DNA of 64,000 nucleotides. Origin: an uncultured Campylobacter sp. Lineage in GTDB: Bacteria > Campylobacterota > Campylobacteria > Campylobacterales > Campylobacteraceae. Numbering within the stretch: position 1 is the first letter of the stretch; each line of letters opens with the position of its first letter. Below are positions 19,415 through 29,642 of this stretch, one piece after another. The notes beneath the pieces are model-generated. The model ran no database searches. It was not told the DNA's origin and saw only the letters and a program-made list of their open reading frames with translations. Location: contig NZ_CALHHX010000168.1 of the NCBI RefSeq assembly GCF_938030685.1, forward strand, positions 4,752 through 68,751. Direction: 5' to 3'. A program made the translations under genes and the position numbers.

Positions 19415-21311
19415 AGTCGCCGCTTTAATAGAGTAATATATCACAGTCGCCTAAATATTCATTGAGCAGCAATTGCAGACAAATACACACTCATACTCGT
19501 AGGACTTTTGATTCGCTTTGTAATAGACTGCACAAAAAACTTCTTATAATATGAATCTTATAAAAGTTTATTTGCCTCTATCGCTTTTGCTATAAAGCAC
19601 ATAGTAATTTGTAGAAATGCACAACTAATCGCTAGTAACTTAGTTAGTTATAATGCCACCTTCAATTCTTTTACTCTCTTTTCAGCATATTCTTTTAATA
19701 TAAGCGATAATGCTATAAGATTTTTATGCTTAACATACCCTGGAGGTAGGGTATTGTCAAAGCAATTTTCGTATAATAACTTATCTAGCTCTTTTGTGTC
19801 TGCAATGGCTTGAAATGTTTTTTCTTTATGGTTTATTACTACTATTCGTCTTTTTGAGAATTTTATATAATCATTAATAAATTTTTTATCTCCGCTTAGG
19901 AAAAATCCAACACCAAAATCAGCTTTTTCGTTTTTAAACAGTTCAATATACTGAATCCCATAAAAACAAAATATATCCCAAGCTTTATTTTTGGCTTCCT
20001 GAAAAATTTTGTCTAAGTTCCACTGTCTTATATCAAAATTCATAAATTCTGTCATTTTGGAGTTATCCTTAAAATACTCATAAGCGAAATTTAATACTTC
20101 TAAAAAAATAGGTCCAGATTTTCTCATTATTTTTGAAAATTCTATAGTTTTCTCGCTATAGCTAATCCTTTTAAATGATATTACAAACATTAATAACACA
20201 TAGGAATATATAAAAGTATGATTTGAATATTTAAATCCATTAAAATTTAACCAATACTCTTTTTTGCTTATATCCAAATACATAGGAGAACCATCCATAT
20301 TACGGCAAAGCTTGCAATCCTCGTCTAGATAATTATGTGTAAAATAATAAATTCTGCGTCTTACTATATTATCAAGTAAAGACGTATCTTTAACATTTAA
20401 ATTTTGAAATTTAAATAAAGCGCTTAGTTTGTTAAGTTTTATATTATATTTTTGTAATTCTTTTTCATATTCTAACGAATAAGTATGGTTTGAATTCATA
20501 AGATCTTCATCTATATAAGGCTGCGGATTTATATCTAAGTTATTTTCAAACACAAATTTTGCTATAGGGTTGCTGTCTATGCCTTTTGGAATAAAACTAT
20601 TACTATTTTTATCTTTCTCAATAAAAAGCCCCAAGGAATTAGAGTCGATATTTATAGATATGTCAATATTTTTCTTGATTCTACTGAGATTTTTATCCAG
20701 CAATAGTATGTTTTTGTAGGCAGATAACGAGCTTTTAAAAGAAAATTTATCATATTTTAAATTTGTGATCTGCCTTAAAATATCTTGTTGTATAAACGTA
20801 TCATCATTAGTTCCAATCATAAAAGTATAATTCTCAAATATTTGAGAATTATACGAGTATAACTTATAGATTTCTATTATATCTTGATTTTTTTGTAGAT
20901 AAATAATATCTCTACAAAAGTTGGAAACTTCTTTATTCATCATCTATTTTGCCCTTTTTGTGTACTAAGTACTTGCATGTGTTTGGGTTCTATTGCTCCT
21001 ATCAACATTATAGCATGTAATTCTTGCATGCCGATCTCGATCTTATCGTTGAACTCAAACTCACTATCGTAGATAAAACGCACCTAGCACTGATGGAGAC
21101 TAGAGCGCTATCTACCTTTTTGAACTCTATATTACCGTAGTTTGCGTCTAAATCACCCGAATGTTCACGTAGAATGCACATACAAACACCATCTGATTAT
21201 ACTTTGCACGCTTTTGATCGTTAACTAGCGACAAAAACTATTTGTCGTAGTCGCTCTTGCAATCGCTCGTATCCTTGTATAAAACATATCTATCTACTAG
21301 CTGTTGCTCTA
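19415..21311. mobile_element. AT-rich genomic islet (probable remnant of an integrated element, no integrase seen)
   Basis: Abrupt compositional shift, direct repeats on both sides, one orphan ORF and decayed-looking DNA at 20944..21311. Confidence 0.55.
19648..20943 (-). CDS. AT-rich orphan protein, putative PIN-like nuclease
   Basis: 431-aa ORF; ordered acidic motifs IDSNS, YIDED, AWDIF, FFLSGDKKF. Confidence 0.75.
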   Translation of the reverse strand: MMNKEVSNFCRDIIYLQKNQDIIEIYKLYSYNSQIFENYTFMIGTNDDTFIQQDILRQITNLKYDKFSFKSSLSAYKNILLLDKNLSRIKKNIDISINIDSNSLGLFIEKDKNSNSFIPKGIDSNPIAKFVFENNLDINPQPYIDEDLMNSNHTYSLEYEKELQKYNIKLNKLSALFKFQNLNVKDTSLLDNIVRRRIYYFTHNYLDEDCKLCRNMDGSPMYLDISKKEYWLNFNGFKYSNHTFIYSYVLLMFVISFKRISYSEKTIEFSKIMRKSGPIFLEVLNFAYEYFKDNSKMTEFMNFDIRQWNLDKIFQEAKNKAWDIFCFYGIQYIELFKNEKADFGVGFFLSGDKKFINDYIKFSKRRIVVINHKEKTFQAIADTKELDKLLYENCFDNTLPPGYVKHKNLIALSLILKEYAEKRVKELKVAL

Positions 21312-21363
21312 AAATCAATGGCGTAACTGTTCACACGCTTGTTCTTGATCTGCGCGAAATAAA
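21312..21363. repeat. Right copy of the 52-bp direct repeat
   Basis: Exact core at 21341..21363 identical to 19392..19414. Confidence 0.85.
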
Positions 21364-21533
21364 GCCACCGAAGCGCCACCAAAGTTTTAGCGGCTAAATC
21401 CTGCACCGTCATCTCGCAATGGAATTAAATTTAGCAAATTCTATCACGACATAAACGCGACGTTGCTGCTCGTAATCTCGTAGCGAAATTAAATTTATCT
21501 GCAGCCTCTGACTTTACTGCCTTTAGCTGCGCT

Positions 21534-23003
21534 TTAAATTTTACTTTCAAAGCCCGTTTCTGCCGCGTCGCGGTAGAAATCGATCTGATCTTTTTTGATA
21601 ATGCGGATGTAGTCGGTGCTGCCGGGATGCCCGCTTTGAAAGCCCGCCGTCATCACGTAGGTGCCGTCTTCCTCGATGAGCCCGCGCTGCAGAGCCTCGC
21701 TTATGATACGTGCGAGCAGCGAGTTGATGCTAGTTTTTTCCTTAACCATCGCTGGATTTACGCCCCACACGAGACTTAGCGCGTGCGCGGTCTGCTCGTC
21801 GTGTGCGATTGCGATGATGTCGATTTTGGCGCGGTTGCGTGCGAGTTTGATCGCTGAGCGCCCCGAGCCCGTGATCGAAAGTATCGCGCCTGCGCCCAGC
21901 CTTGCGGCAAGCGCTGCGGTGCTTGAGGTGATCATATCGGTCTCGTCGTAGAAATCGTAATCGTTAAATTTATCGTAAGGATAGATCTTTTCGGTCTCGC
22001 GGATCGTCTCGCTCATCGCGGCGACCACGGCTGCGGGGTTTTTGCCGATGGCGCTTTCCTCGCTTAGCATCACGGCGTCGGTGCCGTCGAGCACGGCGTT
22101 TGCGACGTCGCTGATCTCGGCTCTGGTGGCGCGCTCGTGCTCGGTCATGCTAAGCATCATCTGCGTGGCGGTGATGACGGGCTTTGAGCGGGCGTTGGCT
22201 AACGCTATGATGCGCTTTTGGATGCGCGGGATCTCATAAAACGGCATCTCGATGCCCAGATCTCCGCGCGCGACCATTATGCCGTCGCTTGCTTCGATGA
22301 TCTGCTCGATGTTTTCTACAGCGTCGAATTTCTCGATCTTGGCGTAAATTTTAGCTTTTGAGCCCAGAGAGTTTAAAATTTCGCGCACGCGCAGGATGTC
22401 GTTTTGAGACTGCACGAAGGAGATGCCTACGAAATTTACGCCGTGCGCCGCGCCCCAGCGCAGATCTGCGAGGTCTTTTTGCGTGATAACGTCGATATTT
22501 AGGCGGGTATTTGGGAAGTTCACCCCCTTATTTGAGCTTAAAAAGCCGTCATTTTCGAGCACCGCTCGCACGCCTTGCTCGCTTACCGCGACTACCTTGG
22601 CGCGGATCGAGCCGTCGTAGAGGTAGATAAACTCGCCCGCCTTCATCAGCGGCAAAATTTCGGGGTGGTTGATACACAGCTCGTATTCGCCTGGGGCGGT
22701 CTTTTTGCCGATTATTTCGCGAGGAAGGAAGGTGATTTTATCGCCCGTTTTTAGTTTAAAATTTTCCTCGAGTTTGCCGACGCGGATCTTTGGACCGCTG
22801 ATGTCCTGAAAGACGCCTATTCGTACGCCCAGGCTCTTTTCTACGGCGCGGATTTTGTTTAAATTTGCCTCGTGATACTCGTGCGTGCCGTGGCTGAAGT
22901 TCATCCTAAAGGCGTTGCAGCCCGCCTTTACCATCGCGCTCATCATCTCTTCACTGTCGCTTGCGGGCCCGATGGTCGCTAGGATTTTGGTTTTTTTAAG
23001 CAT
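21534..23003 (-). CDS. pyk: Pyruvate kinase
   Basis: TKILATIGPAS, RMNFSHG, AKIEK, MVARGDLGIE, ATQMMLSM, DGTDAVMLSEESA. Confidence 0.98.
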   Translation of the reverse strand: MLKKTKILATIGPASDSEEMMSAMVKAGCNAFRMNFSHGTHEYHEANLNKIRAVEKSLGVRIGVFQDISGPKIRVGKLEENFKLKTGDKITFLPREIIGKKTAPGEYELCINHPEILPLMKAGEFIYLYDGSIRAKVVAVSEQGVRAVLENDGFLSSNKGVNFPNTRLNIDVITQKDLADLRWGAAHGVNFVGISFVQSQNDILRVREILNSLGSKAKIYAKIEKFDAVENIEQIIEASDGIMVARGDLGIEMPFYEIPRIQKRIIALANARSKPVITATQMMLSMTEHERATRAEISDVANAVLDGTDAVMLSEESAIGKNPAAVVAAMSETIRETEKIYPYDKFNDYDFYDETDMITSSTAALAARLGAGAILSITGSGRSAIKLARNRAKIDIIAIAHDEQTAHALSLVWGVNPAMVKEKTSINSLLARIISEALQRGLIEEDGTYVMTAGFQSGHPGSTDYIRIIKKDQIDFYRDAAETGFESKI

Positions 23004-23313
23004 CTTTTCTCCTTTAAATTTAAAATTTATCGCCGCATTGGCGAAATTTTACGTGAAATTTTGAAATTTCTAAATTTTAAAATTCGCTAGGCGAAGGAAT
23101 TTTAAAATTTTATGACGCAGGAGAATTTTAGAATTCTACGGCATGGCTAAATTTTAAAATTTCATAGCTTGCTGTGTGGGTTAAATTCTAAAAATTCGCG
23201 TTTGAATGAAATTCAAAAATCCCCAATATATGTGAAGCGCGAGCAAAATTCTAAAATCCTCGCCGAAGTAAAATTTTAAAATTCTTGCCCGAGCGAAATT
23301 TAAAAATTCCTCT
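23004..23313. repeat. Intergenic array of RAATTY hexamers, mostly in tandem pairs
   Basis: About 21 RAATTY counted by eye in ~300 bp, e.g. AAATTTTAAAATTC, GAATTTTAGAATTC. Confidence 0.8.
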
Positions 23314-24660
23314 TTATCGCATCATTTCCGCATCAAATTTTGCATCATCAAAGCTCACTCCCAAATATTCGCAGGCACTTTTTGCGTCGCGAAGTGCGTT
23401 GCCTAGGCAGCTCGTAGCGCCGGGGCTTGGGGTCATATTAAAGATAATCCCCGGATTTTCGCCTATTCTAGCTTCGCCTAAAAGCAGCTTTTTTTGCGAG
23501 TGTGAGATTACTTGCGGGCGCACGCCGCCAAAGCCCTTGGCATAATAAATATCCTCCTCGCGGATGCTAGGTATGATCTTGCGCGCATTTTTGATGAAAA
23601 GCTTTTTACCTAAAATCGGTATCTCAAAGCCTATATTGCGGATTAAGAAGTCCCTTACCTCGCTATCGCCAAAATTTTGCCAAATAACCTTGGCTACGTC
23701 CATGTCAAAATTTAATGACTGAAAAAATTCCGGCACCGAACGACAACCCTTGTAGCGCTCAAGCTTCGGCAGTGTAAGTGCGGTAGGGCCAAATCTCGTG
23801 CAGCCGTCTGCGAGTAAATCCGGATCGCCGTGAAGCGCGGCAAATGGAAGCTTTGGGTTTTGCACCATGTAAACCTTGCCGTTTAGAAGTTTTTGCTTGG
23901 TTAGATAGAAGCTGCCCGCGATGCAAATCGTGCTGAGATCCTGCCCAAGCCCCATTTTGTGCGCTAGCCACAGCGAATGAGCGCCCGCATCTACGACTAC
24001 GAAATCAGCGCTTAGCGAGAGTCTATTTGCGGTGCGGATATAGAACTTATCGCCTACTTTAGTGATGTTTTGCACCTCGGTGTTGAGGTACAGATCGCAG
24101 GTTTTGCCATCCACGTTTTTAGCGTTTTGCACGAAGGAATTCGCCATCGCGCCGTAATCGATCGTCGTGTAAACTCCCGATTGCACGCCCATTGCTACGA
24201 TATCCTCCGCTCTCTCCTCGCCGCGCCCGTCAAAAACTAGCTTGGGCTCGATTTTTTTGAGCTCTTCCTTGTCGAAAAGCTGCAAATACGGATAAAGCTC
24301 TTTAAATTTCTCAAAGCGCTCTTTAATTAGCCCTACCTCGCTTTCGCCCACGCCAAGAGCCATTTTCTGCCCTTGAAATAAAAATTTATTCTCATATCCG
24401 TGCTTTTGGCAATATTTCACGATCATATCCGCCTTGCGCTTGACTTCGATCGCTTTTTGCAGATCGTAGTTGGTCTCGATGTCGCCGCAATGAATCGTCT
24501 GGGAATTTGCACTGGCTTTAGAATTTAGCGTCGCAAGCCCTTCGTATTTTTCAAGTAGAGCGATATTTTTGATTCCGCTAAATTCTGCCAGCACGTACGC
24601 TAGCGCGCTGCCCGTGATACCGCCGCCTATGATGATTACTTCGTAATGTTTTTCTTGCAT
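23314..24660 (-). CDS. mqo: Malate:quinone oxidoreductase (epsilonproteobacterial FAD-dependent type)
   Basis: GGGITG FAD loop, NSQTIHCGDIETNY, TPSPGATSCLGNA; adjacent to pyk as in C. jejuni. Confidence 0.88.
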   Translation of the reverse strand: MQEKHYEVIIIGGGITGSALAYVLAEFSGIKNIALLEKYEGLATLNSKASANSQTIHCGDIETNYDLQKAIEVKRKADMIVKYCQKHGYENKFLFQGQKMALGVGESEVGLIKERFEKFKELYPYLQLFDKEELKKIEPKLVFDGRGEERAEDIVAMGVQSGVYTTIDYGAMANSFVQNAKNVDGKTCDLYLNTEVQNITKVGDKFYIRTANRLSLSADFVVVDAGAHSLWLAHKMGLGQDLSTICIAGSFYLTKQKLLNGKVYMVQNPKLPFAALHGDPDLLADGCTRFGPTALTLPKLERYKGCRSVPEFFQSLNFDMDVAKVIWQNFGDSEVRDFLIRNIGFEIPILGKKLFIKNARKIIPSIREEDIYYAKGFGGVRPQVISHSQKKLLLGEARIGENPGIIFNMTPSPGATSCLGNALRDAKSACEYLGVSFDDAKFDAEMMR

Positions 24661-24781
24661 GCCCTTTCCTTATCGAATTTGGCTGCAATTGTGCGAAAAT
24701 TTCGCTTAAAAGCTAGTTATAAAAGCGTGAATTTAGATGATTTTATATAAAATTCGCACCATTTCATTTTGGGAGTAGTAT

Positions 24782-25966
24782 ATGAAAAAATCGATTCTTG
24801 TCGGATTAAGTTTGATTATAGCCACGTCGCTGTGGGGCGCGGATAAGAAAGTTTATCACCTTAAGCTAGCTCAGACTTACGAGCTTAGTATGCCTATCGT
24901 AGGCGATGTCGCCAAGCGTATGGCGGATCTTGCAGATAGTATGTCTGATGGCAGGCTGAAAATCAGCATCGACGCGCCTAGCAAGCATAAAGCGCCTTTT
25001 GCGATCTATGATATGGTCAAAAACGGACAATACGATTTAGGCTATACTGCGAGCTACTATTATAAAGGTAAAAATAGCGCAAATATGCTGTTTACGACGG
25101 TGCCTTTTGGTATGACGAAAGACGAACAGCACGCTTGGTATTACTTCGGCGGAGGCAAGGAGCTAGCGGATAAATTCTATGCTAAAAGCAATCTAAAGGT
25201 CTTTAATATTCTAAATAGCGGTATGCAGATGGGCGGTTGGTTTAAAAAAGAGATTAATACGCTAGACGATTTAAAAGGGCTTAAATTTAGAATTCCAAGC
25301 TTTGGCGGGGAGGTCATGAGCCGCCTTGGCGTCGCAGTCGCTACGATACCGGTAGGTGAGCTATATATGGCACTAGAGATGGGCACCATCGATGCGGTCG
25401 AGTGGGCAAGTCCTAGCTTTGATATACCTCTAGGCTTTCACAAGGTCGCAAATTACTATTATACGGGATGGCAAGAACCCGCTAGCGAGCAGCAGATAGT
25501 GATAAATCTACAAACTTGGCAGAAGCTTCCTAAGGATTTGCAAAATATCCTGGAAGCCTCTATCGCAAAGGCGCGCGAATACGCAGAAAACGAGACGTTT
25601 TATAAAAACGTAATAATTTGGGACGAGATCAAAAAGAAATATCCAAACGTTCAGATTCGCTCGTTTTCGCCTGAAATTATGCGTGCGCTTCGCAAGGCGA
25701 CGGATGAAATTTTAGCCGAAGAAAGCGAGAAAAATCCCGATTTCAAAGAGATTTGGGAGAGCCAAAAGGCGTTTTTAGCTAAAGCTAGAACGTGGACGAA
25801 GATGGGCGATTTTACATATATTGAAAAAACGGGCGACGTTGAAGCCGAGCAGAATTTCACCGCTTCGGTGAAAAAAATCTCTGTTCCTGAGCCCGTAAAT
25901 AGCGCAGCCAGCGAGATAAATGCAAGCACTGCTGCGCCAAAAAACGAGGATAATCAGACGAAATAG
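24782..25966 (+). CDS. TRAP transporter substrate-binding protein (DctP/TakP-like)
   Basis: Signal peptide, QMGGWFKKEINTLDDLKGLKFRI, ELYMALEMGTIDAVEW, YYYTGWQEP. Confidence 0.92.
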   Translation: MKKSILVGLSLIIATSLWGADKKVYHLKLAQTYELSMPIVGDVAKRMADLADSMSDGRLKISIDAPSKHKAPFAIYDMVKNGQYDLGYTASYYYKGKNSANMLFTTVPFGMTKDEQHAWYYFGGGKELADKFYAKSNLKVFNILNSGMQMGGWFKKEINTLDDLKGLKFRIPSFGGEVMSRLGVAVATIPVGELYMALEMGTIDAVEWASPSFDIPLGFHKVANYYYTGWQEPASEQQIVINLQTWQKLPKDLQNILEASIAKAREYAENETFYKNVIIWDEIKKKYPNVQIRSFSPEIMRALRKATDEILAEESEKNPDFKEIWESQKAFLAKARTWTKMGDFTYIEKTGDVEAEQNFTASVKKISVPEPVNSAASEINASTAAPKNEDNQTK

Positions 25967-26141
25967 TGCTTCATTTTTTAGCTGCGTTTTTATGCCGCGC
26001 GGCTAAACTAAGCGCCAGATAAAGGTGTATGCGGCTTAAATTTGATCGGCAATTTAGACGAGGCGTGGGTGATTAAAATGCAGGCGATTTACTTATTTGC
26101 AGCTGTGTAGTTCGGCAATATCGTTAAAATTTTAATTTACG

Positions 26142-26171
26142 AAAGCAGCGATAAAATTTTATCGCTGCTTT
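26142..26171. repeat. Perfect 30-bp palindrome centred on AAAATTTT
   Basis: AAAGCAGCGATAAAATTTTATCGCTGCTTT, in the gap between convergent genes. Confidence 0.85.
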
Positions 26172-27023
26172 AGCATTTAAGTTAAGGCGTGCAATTTGCA
26201 TCATTGCTTTTAAAGTCCAATTTAAAAGCCGCTCGGTCGCCGCCGCACAAGGCTAGAATTTTATCAAGCTCCAAGCCTCCTATCTTTTTGCTTTATTCCT
26301 TATACCTTTTGCGTTATTTAAGCTTGATATTCCGCCGTGCTTGCTTGCGGGCGACATTGAGCGAGAGAGAATTAATCTTGCTTTTTCATTTCGCGTAGTT
26401 AGCAGAGGAGCTTTGGCGAAGCGTGCCAATCTGAGATTTTATTAGTAGCTTTCATAAATTCCGCATTTTAAAATTTTAATGTTTCTGTCTTGCCGATACC
26501 GCTTTTAAATGAAATTTGCTTTGGGTTTTCTTGCTGTATAAAGCAGTGAACTTCAAATAAAATGGCAAAATTTTAAAATCTACACGCTTAAATATCACAA
26601 GTAAGGAGAATTTAAAATTTTTTCCTTCGGAGATCAAGTACAAAGCGCGTTAGAAAAAATTTTATAGATCAAATTTCATTTTAAGCGATTGCAAATTTAA
26701 AAGCTTGCATGTAAATTTTTTTAAAGCCTGCTCTAGTTAGAATTTATCACTAAACTAGACGGGCTTAGCCCTGGGATTTCACCGCGTCAATTTTAAAATT
26801 TTGCGCGAGTTGCGCTTAAAATTTTAAAATTCAATTCTACCTGCAAAAACTCTTAAATTTCATGGCTTAGAATTTTGATGCAGAATTTTGCCGCAACGCT
26901 ATTTTTTGGGATGCGATAAAACTACACGGCATGCAAAGCCGCGTAGAATATTGAGCTAGGCTCGCTGTTGCAAGCCTAGCGAATGTCGCAAGCTAAAAAG
27001 GCGCTATTGCAAAGCGTAAAATT

Positions 27024-28223
27024 TTATTTCAAAGCCTTAAAAAGCTCCACGCCGTCAAGCTGCTCCCACGGGTACTCGTCGTTTCCGACCTGTCCGCGTG
27101 CGGCGACGTCGGCGTAGAGAAAGCTTCCTTTGCCAGGGCGATCAAGACCGAATTTATCGATGATCCAGCGCGGCGTGAGCGGGAATTTTTCAAGCACGAA
27201 AGCAGATAGCTCATCGTCGCTCGCTGCGCCTAAATTTGTCCCCATACAATCGACGCTGACGCTGACGGGCTTTGCCACGCCGATTGCGTAGCTGAGCTGG
27301 ACGATGCATTTTTTCGCAAGCCCCGCCGCGACGATATTTTTGGCGATATAGCGCGCCGCATAAAGACCGCTGCGATCGACCTTGGTGTAGTCTTTGCTGC
27401 TTTGAGCGCCGCCGCCGATCGGGCTGTAGCCGCCGAAGCTATCTACGATCAGTTTGCGCCCCGTTAGGCCGCTGTCGTGAAGTGAGCTATGATTTACGTA
27501 GCGACCGGTCGGGTTGATGTAGATGATCGTTTTGCTTTTGTCATAAAGCCCCTTCGGAAGCCCCGCCGAATCGATCAAATTTCCGATCAGATCTCGGACG
27601 CGCTCGATGCTCATACTCTCGACGCATGGCGCGGAAACCACGATCGTATGGATGCTTTGCGGCTTGCACTCCTCAAAATTTGCCTTCGTGCCGTAATCGA
27701 CGCTAACCTGCGTCTTAATATCGACGCCAAGCTCGTTAGGATGGGATTTTGCGTAGGCATAAACGTGATCGCAAAGCGCTCTTGCGTAGGTAATCGCCGC
27801 CGGCATAAAATTTTTCGTTTCGCAGCTTGCGAAGCCGAACATTATGCCCTGATCTCCCGCTCCGATCTCGCCGCCCTCTTGATCGACGCCTTGGTTGATG
27901 TCGGGGCTTTGCTGGTTTAAAAATACGTCCACTTGCAGATCCTGTGGGTGCAAGCACTGTGCGCGCGTGAAGTAGGGGTTGTCGTTGTAGCCGATCTCGC
28001 CAAGCGCACCCTTTACGATGTGGCGATAATCGTCGTGGGTAAAATCGATCTTGGCGTTTACTTCGCCGCCGATTACTACGTGTTTGCCCGCGATGAAAAC
28101 TTCCGCCGCGACGCGTCCGTTGGGATCTTGTTTTAAAATTTCATCCACGATGCTATCTGCGATGATATCGGCGCATTTATCCGGATGACCGGGGCTTACG
28201 ACCTCGCTGGTAAATAGATACAT
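27024..28223 (-). CDS. metK: S-adenosylmethionine synthetase
   Basis: FTSEVVSPGHPDK, GAGDQG, GLTGRKLIVD, GGGAQSSKDYTKVDRS. Confidence 0.98.
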   Translation of the reverse strand: MYLFTSEVVSPGHPDKCADIIADSIVDEILKQDPNGRVAAEVFIAGKHVVIGGEVNAKIDFTHDDYRHIVKGALGEIGYNDNPYFTRAQCLHPQDLQVDVFLNQQSPDINQGVDQEGGEIGAGDQGIMFGFASCETKNFMPAAITYARALCDHVYAYAKSHPNELGVDIKTQVSVDYGTKANFEECKPQSIHTIVVSAPCVESMSIERVRDLIGNLIDSAGLPKGLYDKSKTIIYINPTGRYVNHSSLHDSGLTGRKLIVDSFGGYSPIGGGAQSSKDYTKVDRSGLYAARYIAKNIVAAGLAKKCIVQLSYAIGVAKPVSVSVDCMGTNLGAASDDELSAFVLEKFPLTPRWIIDKFGLDRPGKGSFLYADVAARGQVGNDEYPWEQLDGVELFKALK

Positions 28224-28366
28224 ATCTGCTCCTAATTAAAATTTCGGGGCATTTTATCTAACGAGGTTTTAAGATTGACTAAAAATTACGAAATTCCGCT
28301 CAAATTTAAATGTGCTTAAATAAAATTTCGATATATTTCAAACGACACTTTATTGAAAGGTAAGAA

Positions 28367-29626
28367 ATGAGTTCAATGCAAAAATTGGTAGCCAGCTACA
28401 AAGATAAAAATCTGGTGCTGCGTATAGTTACCGGCTTGATAATAGGCGCTATTTTGGGCTTTGCCGCACGTTCGGCGGCGGGCGATATTGCGGCAGAGCA
28501 CACTTCGTTTTTAATAAACGTAGTAGCTTTTGCGGAAATTTTAGGAAATTTATTCGTAGGTGCCCTTAAAGCGGTAGCTCCGATTTTAGTTTTTATCTTG
28601 ATCTTAAGCTCGATCGTAAATAAACAATACGGCAGTGCAAGCGGCTTAAAACGCGTGGTTGTTCTATATATCGTAGGCACCTTTTTAGCCTCGTGCGTGG
28701 GGGTTGCGGCCAGCTTTTTATTCCCTACGGAGCTTGCACTTAGTAATGTCGGTGCGGCAGAAAATGCGGTCCCTGCGAGCGTTTGGATCGTGCTAAAAGA
28801 TCTGCTTTTTAAGGTCGTAGATAATCCGCTAAACGCTATCGCGCACGGAAACTATGTAGGAATTTTAACCTGGGCGATAGGTCTTGGCGTCGCGCTTAAA
28901 TTTTGCACTAATGAAACAAAGAAAATTTTTACCGATCTGAGCGAAGCGGTAACCAAGATCGTGCAGTTCGTAATCCAGCTCGCGCCGTTTGGAATTTTCG
29001 GCCTAGTAGCTTCTACTGTGTATCAAACCGGCGTCGATGCGCTGCTTGGATACGTACGAATCGTAGTCGTGCTAGTAGGCGCGATGGCGTTCGTAGCCCT
29101 CGTGGTAAATCCGCTCATCGTCTTTGCGGTGATTAAGAAAAATCCATATCCGCTCGTATTTACCTGCCTGCGCGAAAGCGGCCTCACGGCGTTTTTTACC
29201 CGCAGCTCGGCTGCGAATATCCCCGTAAATTTAAATTTATGCAAAAAGCTCGGCATCAGCGACGAGCTAAGCTCGATCTCGATCCCTTTGGGAGCTACGA
29301 TAAATATGGCGGGCGCTGCGGTGGTAATCGCGATCTTAGCGCTTGCCGCGGCTCATACGCTCGGCGTGCGCCCCGATTTTTGGACGGCGCTGCTGCTTTG
29401 CGTGGTCTCGGCGGTCGGTGCGTGCGGCGCTAGCGGCGTGCCAGGCGGCTCATTGATGCTGATACCGCTTGCGTGCTCGCTCTTTAATATCTCAAACGAC
29501 ATCGCAATGCAGGTCGTCGCGATCGGCTTTATCATCGGCGTAATTCAAGACTCGGTAGAAACCGCGATCAATAGCTCCACCGACGTGATTTTTACGGCGA
29601 TCGCGTCGCAAAGTATGCAAAAATAA
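28367..29626 (+). CDS. sstT: Serine/threonine:Na+ symporter
   Basis: [59 protein letters not shown]. Confidence 0.95.
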   Translation: MSSMQKLVASYKDKNLVLRIVTGLIIGAILGFAARSAAGDIAAEHTSFLINVVAFAEILGNLFVGALKAVAPILVFILILSSIVNKQYGSASGLKRVVVLYIVGTFLASCVGVAASFLFPTELALSNVGAAENAVPASVWIVLKDLLFKVVDNPLNAIAHGNYVGILTWAIGLGVALKFCTNETKKIFTDLSEAVTKIVQFVIQLAPFGIFGLVASTVYQTGVDALLGYVRIVVVLVGAMAFVALVVNPLIVFAVIKKNPYPLVFTCLRESGLTAFFTRSSAANIPVNLNLCKKLGISDELSSISIPLGATINMAGAAVVIAILALAAAHTLGVRPDFWTALLLCVVSAVGACGASGVPGGSLMLIPLACSLFNISNDIAMQVVAIGFIIGVIQDSVETAINSSTDVIFTAIASQSMQK

Positions 29627-29642
29627 CTCACCTTAAAATTTT

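Noticed and set aside
26189..26398. 69-aa ORF in the gap between the TRAP gene and metK
   Set aside because: GTG start with weak RBS, no recognisable motif
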